Assembly: GCA_965178125.1 (NCBI GenBank)
Contig: OZ237744.1
Coordinates: 310,001-374,000 of the forward strand
From: Bilabrum cf. latius
Lineage: Eukaryota
DNA length: 64,000 nt
Reading direction: 5' to 3'
Of the stretch, positions 1 through 12,109 are shown piece after piece (within the stretch, counting starts at the first letter, position 1; each line of letters starts with the position of its first letter). The notes below the pieces were generated by a model. That model saw nothing but the letters and a program-made list of their open reading frames with translations, ran no database searches and was not told where the DNA came from. A program made the translations under genes and the position numbers.

Positions 1-3
1 GCC

Positions 4-1401
4 ATGAACTTGTGCGACATCTTAACAGATAGCCTATGTTCTCTCCGGCAAAGCGGCCGCGGTCTATGGTACCCATCCTCCGTTCCTATAGTAGAGCATG
101 TTACTGAAGGCATAATTCGGAAGCATATGAGCGAGAGCATCCCGCTCTTGTGCAAAGGTTCAGCAAAGTCTTGGCCAATAGCACAGGACACGCGAGGCTT
201 GGAGGATATCAAGAAGTGCATGGGATAGAATGAAGTTGTCGTTGATGTTACACCAAACGGCCATGGGGACGCTCCTGTGACAGTGGGGGGCAAAAAGGGG
301 CGCACGATGTTTGTAAAACCGCACGAACTGAAACTGCCGTTTTCGGAGGCTATTGAAGTGATCTAGGCTCAATCGATGGTACGTACAAGTGACGAAACCG
401 TTCAACTTTCTGTAGCGCGGGGGCTGGCGGATTGCTTGCCTTCTGAATGGTGGCGAAAGACTTCTTCGTCAGGACAGCCCCACGCAAGGCTATACTACAG
501 CCGCCAGAACGACTGCCTGCGACAGGAGTGCAAGCCAATCTCATCAATCCTCTCTAGATTTCAGACATTAGCTTGGAGCAAACCGCTCGGCGAGCCCGAC
601 GCCGTCAATTTTTGGATGGGGACACACCACTGCACGACAACCTGCCATAAAGACTACTACGACAATCTCTTTGCAGTGTTGCACGGCCGCAAACACTTTC
701 TTCTTTTTCCTCCCACGGATGTTGCGTTCCTGTACGAGACACCGCTTCCGACTGGCAGGTACGTCCCACGAGCGGGCTCAGAGGCGGCCGCTGGAGCAGC
801 TGGAGCTCTGCACTGGGGCGTTGAAGTCGAGAGGCAACCTCATCACGAAGAGAGACATGATGAGACTGCAGCGGGGGCCGGCGGCGATGCATGCGGCAGC
901 AGGCAAGCCAAGGGATCGGTCGAGGATTCCAGCTTAGAGGAGTCGCCCAGCGCCGCACTGGCAGGAGGGGCAGCCAAAGCCAACGGTGGGACTGCGGCTG
1001 GAGTGACGCCCGCGTGCAGGCCAGAGGCAGAAGACGCCGAAGGCAAGCACGGCGATGACGAGACTGACGAGGACGGTCTGGCATCTGCAGTGCACACGCC
1101 CTGGATCGCTGTGAACCCCGACGCACCGGACTTCGCCAAGCACCCGCTGTCCTCGCTGGCTTCACCCGTCGCAGTTACCGTAGAGCCGGGCGACATCCTG
1201 TTCCTTCCTGCATGTTGGTATCACAGGGTCAAGCAGGAAGGCTTCTGCGTATGTGTCAATGCGTGGTACGACATGAAGTTCGGTGCGGCTCACGCCGCGC
1301 TCGAAGCTGCAAGCGGCTTGGGGAAGGTGGCGCAAAGCCTTGCGGTCGATGACTAGAAGAAGATTGCTGATGCTGTGCTTGCAATGGATGACGATGATTG
1401 A
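4..1401 (+). CDS. JMJD7: JmjC-domain hydroxylase, JMJD7-like (~465 aa with TAG=Gln)
   Basis: ORFs 4..228 and 376..1356 are in one frame joined by TAG at 226 and 364. Motifs: VVVDVTPNGHGDA, VNFWMG, CHKDYYDNL (HxD), LFLPACWYHRV, VNAWYDM. Reads through TAG 1354 to TGA 1399-1401. The start may lie upstream of the window. Confidence 0.85.
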
Positions 1402-1492
1402 CGAATTGCTTACGAGAAATTGCAAACGTCCTCGGATCTCCCAACACTCGGTACTTTGGTGCATAACCTCATCCGTCGGTGGATTCGTTCCC

Positions 1493-1539
1493 TGCGGCCC
1501 CACGCGAGAAACGCATCATGTGCGGCCCCACGCGAGAAA
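1493..1539. repeat. 19-nt direct repeat flanking a stop codon
   Basis: tgcggccccacgcgagaaa at 1493-1511 and 1521-1539, on either side of the minus-strand TGA at 1516-1518. Confidence 0.85.
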
Positions 1540-4500
1540 TGCAGACACGCAGATCGACCCCGCCGCCAGCAGTACAGCCACCCCGATGGACAGACCGGCC
1601 TCGCCCAGCCTCTCCTCCCAGTATAGAGACGGGTTCGTCCCGCGCACAAGCAGATCGCCCCGGCTCTAGGTCCCACTGGGGGTGGCACTCATGCAGAACG
1701 CATGCCCGCAGGTCCCCACCACGCATAGCAACGCCCACCCCACACAGACCAACACGGCCACATCCTCCCATAGCCGCTGCCACCAGGACATGGCGTTCAC
1801 GAACGAATGCAGTGCCCTGCCCCTGCGGCTCATCTCTTCTTCGCCTGTAGCCCCAAGACTCGAGCTGGACAACAAGTGCCCCATTCTGGGGTCCGTGGCA
1901 TCGGACACACCGCTCCACATGAGTGTCTATGCATCCCATTGCAGCGCCTGCAGTGCCCTTAGCACTACTGCTGTGGCAGGATACATGCCAATCGTGCTCG
2001 CGACGGATCGGGCGGCTCGTCGCACTACGTGAATAGGGTCGCTCTCTTGATCGCTGCTGTTCTATGCCGAGTCCAGGAAGTTTGACGTGGCAGTGAGCTA
2101 TGCAAGGCCGTTGTACTGGTCAGTGGTCATCTACCGCGTGCCTGCGCTGGCAAGAGAAGCTAGCCTTGCGTCAGGCTCACATTGCTTGGCCTGATCTAGC
2201 GGGCCGTCATCTCGAGACTCCGTGTACCTGCCAAAATCTCGTAGACGCCACGGTGCATCATCCATATCGTGCGCGGCTACTCTTGCCGAATCGGAGAGCC
2301 TGCGACCGCCCACCGATGCACCCTGGACCGAATGCCCCCCGGTTGAGTGGACTAGGCTGCCTTGATCAAAGCCCTCAATGCTCTTAGATCGAACCCTGTT
2401 CATTGAACTCGTGAATACCTTGCAGCTACCTTGCTGTCTCAAGCCTAACTATTGCCCCATCCGTCCATCGTGCGTGCCAGCAGTTGCACTGCATGGGCAC
2501 ACTCTGAACCAGCACCGCGCCCAACCAGTGTCAGCCTACCAATCTTCCTTGTCTGTCCCCAGGCGAAGCACGTCCCCATGACTTTGAACACACGAGCAGC
2601 ACGGCGACTGCACCAGCAGCAACACTCTCACTAAAAGCACGGTACTCATCGCGGCGAAGACCCCGGCAGCCGGCAGGTGCATGCGGCCAGCTGCCAGAGC
2701 AACTCCAAGCAGCCAGTATGCCCCAGCACGATAGAGCACGAACACAGCGAACGTGCCTCCCATAGCCCTGCTGGAGCCTGCGGTGTGCGGCACAGCAAGA
2801 GAACACTGGGAACAGCAAGTACCTTTAATTGACTGCTAGTTCCGCAGTGTTCCTTCCCTAAGGGCACTAGAGGTGTGTTCGCTGGCTTGCTCGGCACGAA
2901 GATGTTGGTCAGCATCAGGGATGGCCCACCTGTCCGGGTCGGTCCAATGGATTTGCTCTTCTCCAGATTGAACTTCTTTTCTGGCAGGAGCCGAGGGCTT
3001 GGATCCTGCTGCGACTTCTTTGTCGCTGCGGTCAGTTCGACTTTCTCCACCAGTGACCGCTTGCAGATCAGATGGCATGTTCACCAACGGCTGCACGGCC
3101 CGTGGAGCTGCGGCGACGGACCTGGCAGCTGCAACAGCACCCACGCCTGCAGCAACATCACTCACGGTGGATGGTCCATCTAAAACGTTTCCAGCCTCGC
3201 TCTAGCTGTGTGCACCCACGGCAGGCTGAACCTGCGGTGCCTCCCGACTGTCCTGCTCAGTGGAGGGTGCATCGCTGCTGCTAGCAACCCTCGAAGTCGT
3301 GGTATTCCAGCTGGGCTCGCTGGTCCTGGATCGCAGCAAGTTCTCCTGCGCCCAGCCGTGGCCGCCCTGCTGCACCATGGCATGACCTTGACCTCGCAAC
3401 CCAATCGGGTTGTGTTCGAGCGCCTCGGAGCGCCACCCCCGCCTTGAAATAACGCCGCTAGCTGGCACAGTAGCATCATCGCGCTCGCCGTACGAGGCGG
3501 TCCCATCGAGCGAGTGCACGCCAAGGCCATCGCCGTGCACATCGTCGCGATGCTGAACGGGAGATGGCTCTGTCGGTTGAGCCAAATGTGTGCTACTTGG
3601 TCCGCTCTGGCCAGAGGTGTACGCATCGTCGCCTTGGATCGAGGGCACTACGATCACATCGCTGGCTCTCATGGACATTGCGCCAGATCCTACCGACCCA
3701 GCTGCCAGTGACGCTAGACTCGTAGCCGATGCTGGCCTATCGTGCGACCCTTGGCCCCTTTCTGACCCGGCCTTGGAGGCAGTTCCGTGTCGAGAGGCTG
3801 ATGACTGCGGCACTGAATTGTTGACCCGAGCGGACGACCCACTTGTCCTGCTAGTGTCAAGATGGTCGGAATTGAAGTGAGCACTAACGCCTCCAGAGTC
3901 CCGGTCCCGGCTTGATGTCGTTGTCTTGTCAGCCTGAGATTGTGACTCGTCGATTTTATTTGAGCCTATGTGCAATCGAGTGCCAGCTGGCCGGCAAAAC
4001 ACTGGCCGTGGCGTGGCCTCAATGCTTCGGTCTATGGACAGACCGACAGGGATCGGTGCACGTCCCCAGCGCGCTGATGGCAAGCCGGCCAGCGGCAAGG
4101 TAACTGAAGTTTCCGCCAGCGCATTTCCATGCCACCGATAATCCTCTGCTGATTGACCGTAATCGGCAAGCAGCCCCTCGCGCAACGCCACGTCCGCGCT
4201 TGATCGGCCTTCCTTGCGAGCTGCACGAGCTGCACAGATGCTGCCAGTCCCGACCATGCATCCCACCAGCAGCAGCCACTGCACGATAGCTACCGGGCCC
4301 CACAAAGCTTGTCCAAGTCCATCATTACACTCGTCAGCGTTTCTTCCCATTCCTCCGTGGAGGCACGGCAGCTCAACGGATACATCTACAGACATGGGCA
4401 CAGTGGCCGGGAGCCACGCACCACCCTCCGCCCCGGGCCTCTTGCCCCGCAGGATCGCACCGAGCTGCTGAGCGAGCGCACCGGCAGATCTGCCCCTCTA

Positions 4501-7500
4501 CGCTTTTCGCCACCCATCGGACCCAAACAGGACCACGGGAATCGGTTCCAGCCTTACTGTCACATAGATCTCCATCGGAAGGTATGGAGGTTCTTGTGGT
4601 GGGTTCGGAGATATCGGTCGGGCTGTACCCTGGGACGGCTGAACTCGTGTCCTTGGTATCGGAGAACGCACCGATAGCACCTCCACGTTGATGACCCGGG
4701 TGTACAGCGACGACTCATTGCCCCCGATGATCTTCCTACGGCTCATGGACGGCTCCAGACCTAGGGCCCATGCCTCCCAGTCCGGCCCCAGTGCATCTTC
4801 TGCCCCTTCCTGCCTTGCTTTCAGCGACGGGTCCCACTCACCCAGCAGGTCCATCACGTCTGCTTGCAACTCGGCTTGCAGCCGATCGACCTACTGCACT
4901 GTGGGGGAAGGGTAGCCTAGCCCGGGACCATTCGGCTGCCCAGCAACCGTGGTGTAGGCTGGTGGCCACTGGTTTCGATCGAACAGAATCATGAAGCTGA
5001 CAGTAGCGGCAGCGGTCGGCTCTCGTTGCGCCCAGAGTGAATCGCTCCACGGAAGCAACCCGCCCTTGTCGCGCATGCACCGAACGTTCGGTGGGTTGGC
5101 TGTCGGGCTCAGCTCACGGGTCGCTTTCTTCTAGTACGTCGGCGGATGCCAACTAAACCCCTTCCCCTTCTTCCAGCTCCCGAACGAGCCAACAAGCCCC
5201 GGTCCCAGCTGGCCAGATCTAGGCACCACGCTGTCGCTCTGCACCAGCGACGGATGCCCGCCCCAAGTGGATAGCCAGGGCCGTGCAAGCGATGCAACCG
5301 CCTCCCACCCCTTTGCACTCTTGCCACCTTCCAGCCCAAGATCCACAGCCTCCCACCCCTTTGCACTCTGGCCACCTTCCAACCCAAGATCCACAGCGAT
5401 CCTGCCGGGATCGTCGCACTCCATCCTGCACACCGGTCGCATGAAGAAAGCACCGATCGGCGATGTCTCACCGCACGTCCATCGGCCTCGGGTGATGCCG
5501 GGCAGCGATCTTGGTGGCGCATCAGCAGTCACTCGCCATAGCGCCGCGCCCCTGTACCTGGCCTTGGGCCCCTGCAGTGGTATCGGATTCAGAAGCGGTG
5601 GCCAGGGCTTGCCTGCCTGTGGGGCAGGAGCGGGCACTGGCGGCCTCGTGCCAGCATTTGATGGCAGAATGTCCATTGGGCCCACAGTAGCGTTGGGCCA
5701 CGCTCCTCTGGTACCCTCAGATACGCTCACTGACAGCATGCCGCCTATGCTCGCGGCGCGAGTGCTCGAGGCTGCGGGGTAATCACTGTGCACCACGTCT
5801 GTGACAAATTGGTCTCCAGAATCGGAGACACTGGCTGATTCTTTGGCGAGCTGCACCTCCATCGTAAGGGCGCATCCGATCTTTGGCATCTGCGCCCCGA
5901 GGGGCAGGGCCTGCAGCACGTCCCTGGTCCACCTCCGAAGCAATCGGTTCCTCTCAGCTCGAGTACTAGTTGAGTTGATGGGGAGATTGGGAGAACATGT
6001 CCTCGCCTCCACGCAGGATGGGTCGTCTAGCACCACAACCTGCCCGAAGATCCCGTGGCTCCTCTCTTCAAATCCAGTCGTCAGGTTCAACCCGCGGCAA
6101 TAAAGATATCCGGAGGACGCATCTACCTACGTATCATACAAAGAGCTCCCTTTCTGGCCTGGTTCTATAGCCATGGGGGGCAAAGACCAGATTGCTTGCA
6201 CAACGTGGTGGGTGTTGACGTGCCACGGGTACTGATCGCGACTGTTCCTTGCAGCTGACGGGGGGATTGTATCCAGCTGTGCCACGGTGCCAGGGGGGTA
6301 CACGACTGTTAGCACCTGGTGCCATCGATTGTACAAGCCAGCCCCCCCAGAACTGAACGGATACTCCTTGGTGCCCCCAGGGCTGGGAATCGCCATGGTA
6401 GTGTGGACCAGCTGGGACCTCACTACGCTCTGATAGTCGTTCTCGAACGAGCCCAGTGATGCTAGTTCCGGTCTTCCAGGGTCTACACGGCACTCGTTTC
6501 GCGATGCATTTGGCGGTGCCTGCCACGCTGTTGCCTGCCTGCACGTGTCGTTGGGCGCGATGGGCACGTCCATCGGGGTGCATGCCTCGCTCAAGACCTG
6601 CCTGGGGCAGAGGACGACGGGCAAATTCATCGTGGCAGTTGCACGGAATACCTTTGGAACGTTATCAGAGTACAGTGCCTGAGCTCCCATTCCGACCGAG
6701 TCGCCGCTCCACGAATAGTGGACCTTTCTCTTGCCTCCAACTGGCAGGGGCATCCAGGGACGAGGGTCCTCCCCGTACCTCGCATCTCCCCAGTAACGGC
6801 CGTGGGATCCGGTCCACAGCGACGCTACGATAGAGTCGCTATAGCTGCCCGGCTGGTCGTACACGAGCACCCACTCCTCCGTGGTCCACGGCTCTGTAGA
6901 TCTGGTCGGCGGCATGAGAGCGCTGATCCTGGGTGGCAGGCCGGCGCCGTAGGGCGGTTCCTGCGGAGTCAGGGCGGCGGGAGTGAAACCAACCGTAGTC
7001 GATGTCACCGAAGGGGTCACTCGCTGCGGCCAGGGGCCCGAGTCTCTCGGGACTGCCTCGGTGCCGGTGGCAGCTGCAGCGGACTGGCTGGGTGCGAGCT
7101 CGGAAGGAGGCAGTCCACCTGGCCCGACTGGCCAACGCCAGTGAGCCGTGGACTCGGGATAGTGACGCAGTTGTGTTGGCTGGAAAGGCATGTCAACCAG
7201 AGTGCAGCCTGCCTGGTCTGCTCCCTCCGGCGATGCCCTAAGCTCGGCCTGGTCTTTGCTGCTGAGCACACGTAGCGTCCGGCTCGCCTTCATGCCGATA
7301 CCCAGGGTGGACGGCCCCGGAGTAGCAACCCAAGTGGCTGCATCGTTGTTGAAATGGGCCTAAAAAAACAGTTTTCATCTTGCGGGGCATCAAAGGAGGG
7401 GGGTAATGAGTTGCATGGCCTCTCAAGGGCTCAGCGGAATACACCAACTCACCGTTGCATATCGTGGTATTGAGACTCGCTTCGGTTCCGAATGGCAGAA

Positions 7501-7615
7501 ATATCTGTGGCCGTGCAGCTAATATTCCAGTTGCAACGCTGACTGCCCGTACCTCCGTAAACTGTACCAGTATGCAGAAGAATGTCGCGATCCACAGTTG
7601 TTGCCGCGACCTCAT
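1516..7615 (-). CDS. Large predicted membrane protein of unknown function (~1990 aa): signal peptide, Pro/Trp-rich ectodomain, several TM segments
   Basis: ORFs 6127..7293, 5131..6090, 4498..4869, 3202..4401, 2836..3165, 2536..2793, 2131..2442 and 1666..1920 share one frame, separated only by TAG, and end at TGA 1516-1518. An exon 7615..7453 (MRSRQQLWIATFFCILVQF) joins through a putative GTGAGT...TGCAG intron 7452..7338. Confidence 0.65.
5300..5397. repeat. 48-nt tandem duplication (2 copies) in coding sequence
   Basis: gcctcccacccctttgcactc...caagatccaca occurs twice with 2 mismatches and encodes AVDLGLEGG(Q/K)SAKGWE x2. Confidence 0.9.
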
Positions 7616-7742
7616 CGGCGATACCACTGGCTGTCTGAAAGGAAAACGTCTACCACTCAACGCGTGCCTAATCATGCATCTCATTTGAAAACTGTTAATC
7701 TTATGTTGGATCGTGGTCGGCACGAGCGATCCAATGCAGGTC

Positions 7743-7782
7743 GCTTGATCTACAGCTGCCTATTGCTTGATCTACAGCTGCC
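7743..7782. repeat. 18-nt direct repeat in 5' intergenic region
   Basis: gcttgatctacagctgcc at 7743-7760 and 7765-7782. Confidence 0.85.
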
Positions 7783-8110
7783 GATATTGTCTCCAGGAAT
7801 ATTATCCTGCCAAATGAATTAAAACAAGCAAGAAGATTAGCTTCTGCTGCCGTCAAAAATACTCTGCGCTGCCCACATTTTGCTTTTTCAATGCTCACAA
7901 TTGGCCCTGAAAACCTTGCGACCTCGTGCAATGATTCATGACCTCATCTTCACAAATGGTACGACCACACACATTATGCATTCGTGCATTCGGAGAACAA
8001 AGTCCAGCACCCAATACATCCCCATCCCATGCCAGTTCAATTGCTTGCAAATGTGGCTGCTACAAAGCACGCCACAGCCATTGGACGACACCCATCAACG
8101 CAACGCAGTA

Positions 8111-11100
8111 TCACCTGCCGTCACTCGACCCACCCTTCGCCTCCCCTGCAGTTTTCTCCGCCAATGCTCTCTCCACCGCCCGGAGCGCCTTTAGCCTCCG
8201 GGCCTGCCCTGCCGCTGCCCTGAACTCCACAAGGCACAGCCGCCGCGGGGACCACCGCATCCGAATCATCAGCCAACCAGCCAGGCCAACCTGGTACCTG
8301 CCACCTCCACTGTATGCCACGGCTTTGTGGTACAGCGCGATCTGCACTGCCAGGCGTCTCCTGGAGAGGCCCTTCTGCACCTTGAGCCCGTCATCAAAGC
8401 CGCGATAGCGTCGGCGGGCCACGCTTAAAGGAACACCCTACACCATGCCCTCTGCATCCGTGGCGACAAGCGAATGGTACTGTATCCTATTCACGTAAAT
8501 ATCACTCAGCCACGGGTTGTTGACCGAGCTCTTTGCGAGGGAGCCAGCAGCTTGCTTGGCCGGACCGCCGGCAGGACCGAAGGAACCCAAATCATCACTG
8601 GCTGGGATCGTCGCGTGGCGAGCGGCATCCCGTCTGCACCACGCCTACAGGTCGAAATCACTCCGTGAAACGATAGACGCTGCCAGGCGGCACCGCGACG
8701 ACATTGCTTGGGAATGATCACGGCCCGCAACGGCCACGTCTCCATGCCCCGAGACCAAGCCAGCCATGCCTGCTCTGCGTGCTAAAAGGAGACCACTGCG
8801 CTCCCCGGGCGGTCTTGAAGCAACGCCGTCCCCAAATTGACCCAGTGCTCTCGCCGACATTGTCATTTCATGCATTGTGATCACAGAGAGCGCAACGCCG
8901 TCGGGGGCCATCGAGACAGGAGTGAAACCCCTCGCGTCGCGTGAGACACACGCGGTGTATCCGCCATTCTGAAGCAGAAGCACCACGCTCGGAGCAAGCG
9001 CTCCGTCGTACCCAGGCCGCGTGCTCGCTTCCACCCCAGCAGGTGACGCAAACAGCAGATGCACTGGGTTTTGCTGCGACACATCGCACACCTGCCTTTC
9101 CATTGGGGGGCTGCCGCGCTTGATGCCAGCTAGGAGCACCTCGAGCAGCAGGGGGTGACCCGCGTGTCCTGACCAGCACAGCACCATCAGAGGGTTCCAA
9201 CCCCCAGCCATGATCGCGTCGGTGCGAGCTCCCGCGGAAATCAGAGTGCTTAGTATCTAAGCGTGTGCTCGGACGCGGTGGTGCGATAGCTGGCTGCTCA
9301 CACCTAACACCTTGACCCTATGAGCGGCGTGCTTCACCGCTCGACGGGCAGCCAAAATCATTGCGGGTGTCCTCTTGCCGTCTTCCCGAACAGGAACAAC
9401 GCCCGCAAAGCTATCACTCCCTGTAGCATCCCCTGAAGCTGTTTGATCGTGCAGGATCTCCCGCAGCTGATCGATACTACTCCTCGCAGCTACGCTGAGG
9501 TGACCCATCCACACGGGACCAGCCACTGATGAAGCCAACCCAGAGCCTGCACCAGACGCACCTGAAGCGCCAGATGCACTCCTGGACCTGCTGGATGCTT
9601 CTGTTTCGCTACTACTCGTTCCATGATTGTCGTTTAACCCTGCGCTGGCTCCTGCTGAGGACGGATCGGCAGGCACAGCTGCAGCACCAGCAGCACCGGG
9701 AGGACCTGACCCCCACGTGCCACCCTCACCCTCGGTCCCTCCACCTGCCCCCGACGATGCCTAGGCCCGGGCCTCTGCTGATATTTCTCTTGCAGCCTTG
9801 ATGACTTCGAGATGAGACAGCCCGCCAGCGGCAAAGACCTTCTCCCGAAGCTCTAGCTCCTTCGCCCTAAGCTCGGACCGGGCACCAGCGGCGGCTTGCG
9901 TCCCTGCGGCATCGACTTGGTCCCCGTCCAGACCCGCAGTTGCCTACCAGGCATCAGCAGCTTCCGTCAAGCCGATGCCATCCATGTACAGAGCCTCTAC
10001 CTATTTCTGCGGGATGCAGGCGAAGAGACCTGCCTGCCTGCTGGCGCGTGCGGCCAGGTGCAGACAGCTCTCACCGCACAGCACGTCTGGATCCTCTGCA
10101 GCAGCGTCAGCACCGAGCAAGACTAGCATAGAAACGATGTGATTGTTGCAATGCAGTGCAGCCAGACCGAGAGCGGTAGTGCCCTCAGGCGCAAGCATCC
10201 TGCAAGACATGCCAATCGTAGTTGGCGGCGACTGCCAATCCAAACGCGTCATGGCCGCCCGTGCGCAGTTCTCATCAAAATACCACCGATCGTCCTCGTC
10301 GACATCTGGGTAAACGTAGTCGTCTTGCATCACTTCGTCGTCGATATGCCTAGCTACATAGCTTCCAGCTCCTTGCTGCCCGAGCGTGATCCCAACATCA
10401 TGACTGACGTGACCCACCAGAGCGCGACACACTTGCTAGTACACGTGCCCCTTCACTGGCACTCTGAGAGGAGGATCTGCCAGCGTGAGACTATTCACTC
10501 TATTCTCATAAGAGGCAAGGTAGACGAAATCATCAGAGCCTGGAATGGGTGTAGCAAGGCCACCCCAGGTTCCGGCATCTTCCTTCGCTCGAGCATCGCT
10601 ACCATACCCGGAGGGGCCAGCCAACTCCATCTTCTCGATCTCCTCCATCTGTGCCTTGATGTCAGCACCCTCTAAGGCCCGCTCAATCGACTGCACCATT
10701 GCTAGCAAGTCAGGGCCGCGGGAACTTGCCCTGCTGCGTGACAGTACCAGCGCTAGCCGAGCTGGTGTCTGCGCGCCCGGAGCGTCGCGCCCCCAGGACA
10801 CCTCTTCGAAGGCGGGGTTTGCGGGCTCCACCTCCTCGTTGAGAAACCTGCGGAAGGCCCGCACCCTCGAATCTAAATCTGCGCCGGCCTCTGCCGCAGC
10901 TGCTCGCTTCGATACATCCTCGACCGCGTCTGCAAAACAGAGGCCAAGGCGGGATGCAGGCACGCCATCATCGCCAGTGCCGTGACCTGACCCCGCCGCC
11001 CCTGCCACTGATGGGTCCGAGGCGGATGATGGGTCCGAGGCGGAGGGAGCCACTCCATCGCTGCCGGCTGTGCCGCTGGAGCCCTCATCCACTGCCACCA

Positions 11101-11842
11101 GCCTCAGCCTCAAAATCGCCAGTGTGCCGTTGATTAGCGCCGCGCACATCTACCGATTCCCGCGCATTGCAGCACAATGCAGTGCAGATAGGCCCAATCC
11201 TGGAGTGCGTGCGCGCAGCGCGGCCGCCAGGGTCAGGCGCATCCGGGTGCCAACAGCAGGCGGAATATTGGAGTCGCCTCCCGGCTTGATAGTGTCGGCC
11301 AATTCGTGCATGAGATGCAGGACGCTGTTGCCACCATCGCGAGTTGCGGTGAGGGCAGCGGCCTGCAGCAGGTTCGCACCTGCATAGAGCTGGGGACTGC
11401 GTGTCGAGGCTTGATACCTAAATAACCCGCCCCTAAATCTGGCTTCCTCACCATCTCCAGCAGAAAACAGACCAGGCACAAGCAAACGCGCCCAAGCCTG
11501 CCTGTCGTCAAGGTCTCGATCCGAGCTGTCTGCCTGCACCGTCCAGTTAAAGGCCAACTGAACTTTCCCTGTCTGTGACGCGCGACGCAAACCTCCACTT
11601 GATCTATGCTTGCGCTTCTTGTCGGAATGTCCACCCTTGATTCGTCGGGCCCAATTGGCAACGGCAGCTGGCATCAGCCCGTATGGGTCCTGGAACGGCA
11701 GCGGTGCCACCACAGGTGCTTCCAGAGGCGCTGAATCGTGTAACATATCCATCGTAGCCTACTTTAGAGTCCGCTCAGCCGGTGGGACCATGACGGCACG
11801 TTTCTTGGCCTTCAGCAGCTTCCTAATAGAAGATTTTGGCAT
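8111..11842 (-). CDS. Ankyrin-repeat protein (~1240 aa)
   Basis: Single frame from ATG 11842 to TGA 8111 interrupted only by TAG. Ankyrin-like units: GLSALHCAAMRGN, TTALGLAALHCNNHIVSMLVLLGAD, GESCLHLAA, GWNPLMVLC, DARGFTPVSMA. Confidence 0.75.
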
Positions 11843-12109
11843 GCTGCCACAGGTCGACGCTGTCCAGCTAATAACCACCAAGCTTGCTGACAACCGTCTC
11901 TAGGATTCAACCTTGGGCAAAGTATACTAAAATGCAGCTAATCACTCTGCGATGCAAGGACACATTGTGTTGCGCGGATGTCTTTTCGCGCAGGAACGAG
12001 AGAACCCCACCGGCGGAATGCCGAACGTTCGATCCGAACTGTCCGACCCGTTCGAACGGCTCCAAAATAGCCGCTCTTGGTGGATTTCTTCTACTGCAGT
12101 TACGACAAG
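11843..12109. promoter_or_regulatory. Bidirectional promoter, ankyrin protein / SIAE
   Basis: 267 bp between divergent ATGs. Contains TGCCGAACGTTCGA at 12019-12032 and the palindrome CCGTTCGAACGG at 12048-12059. Confidence 0.5.
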
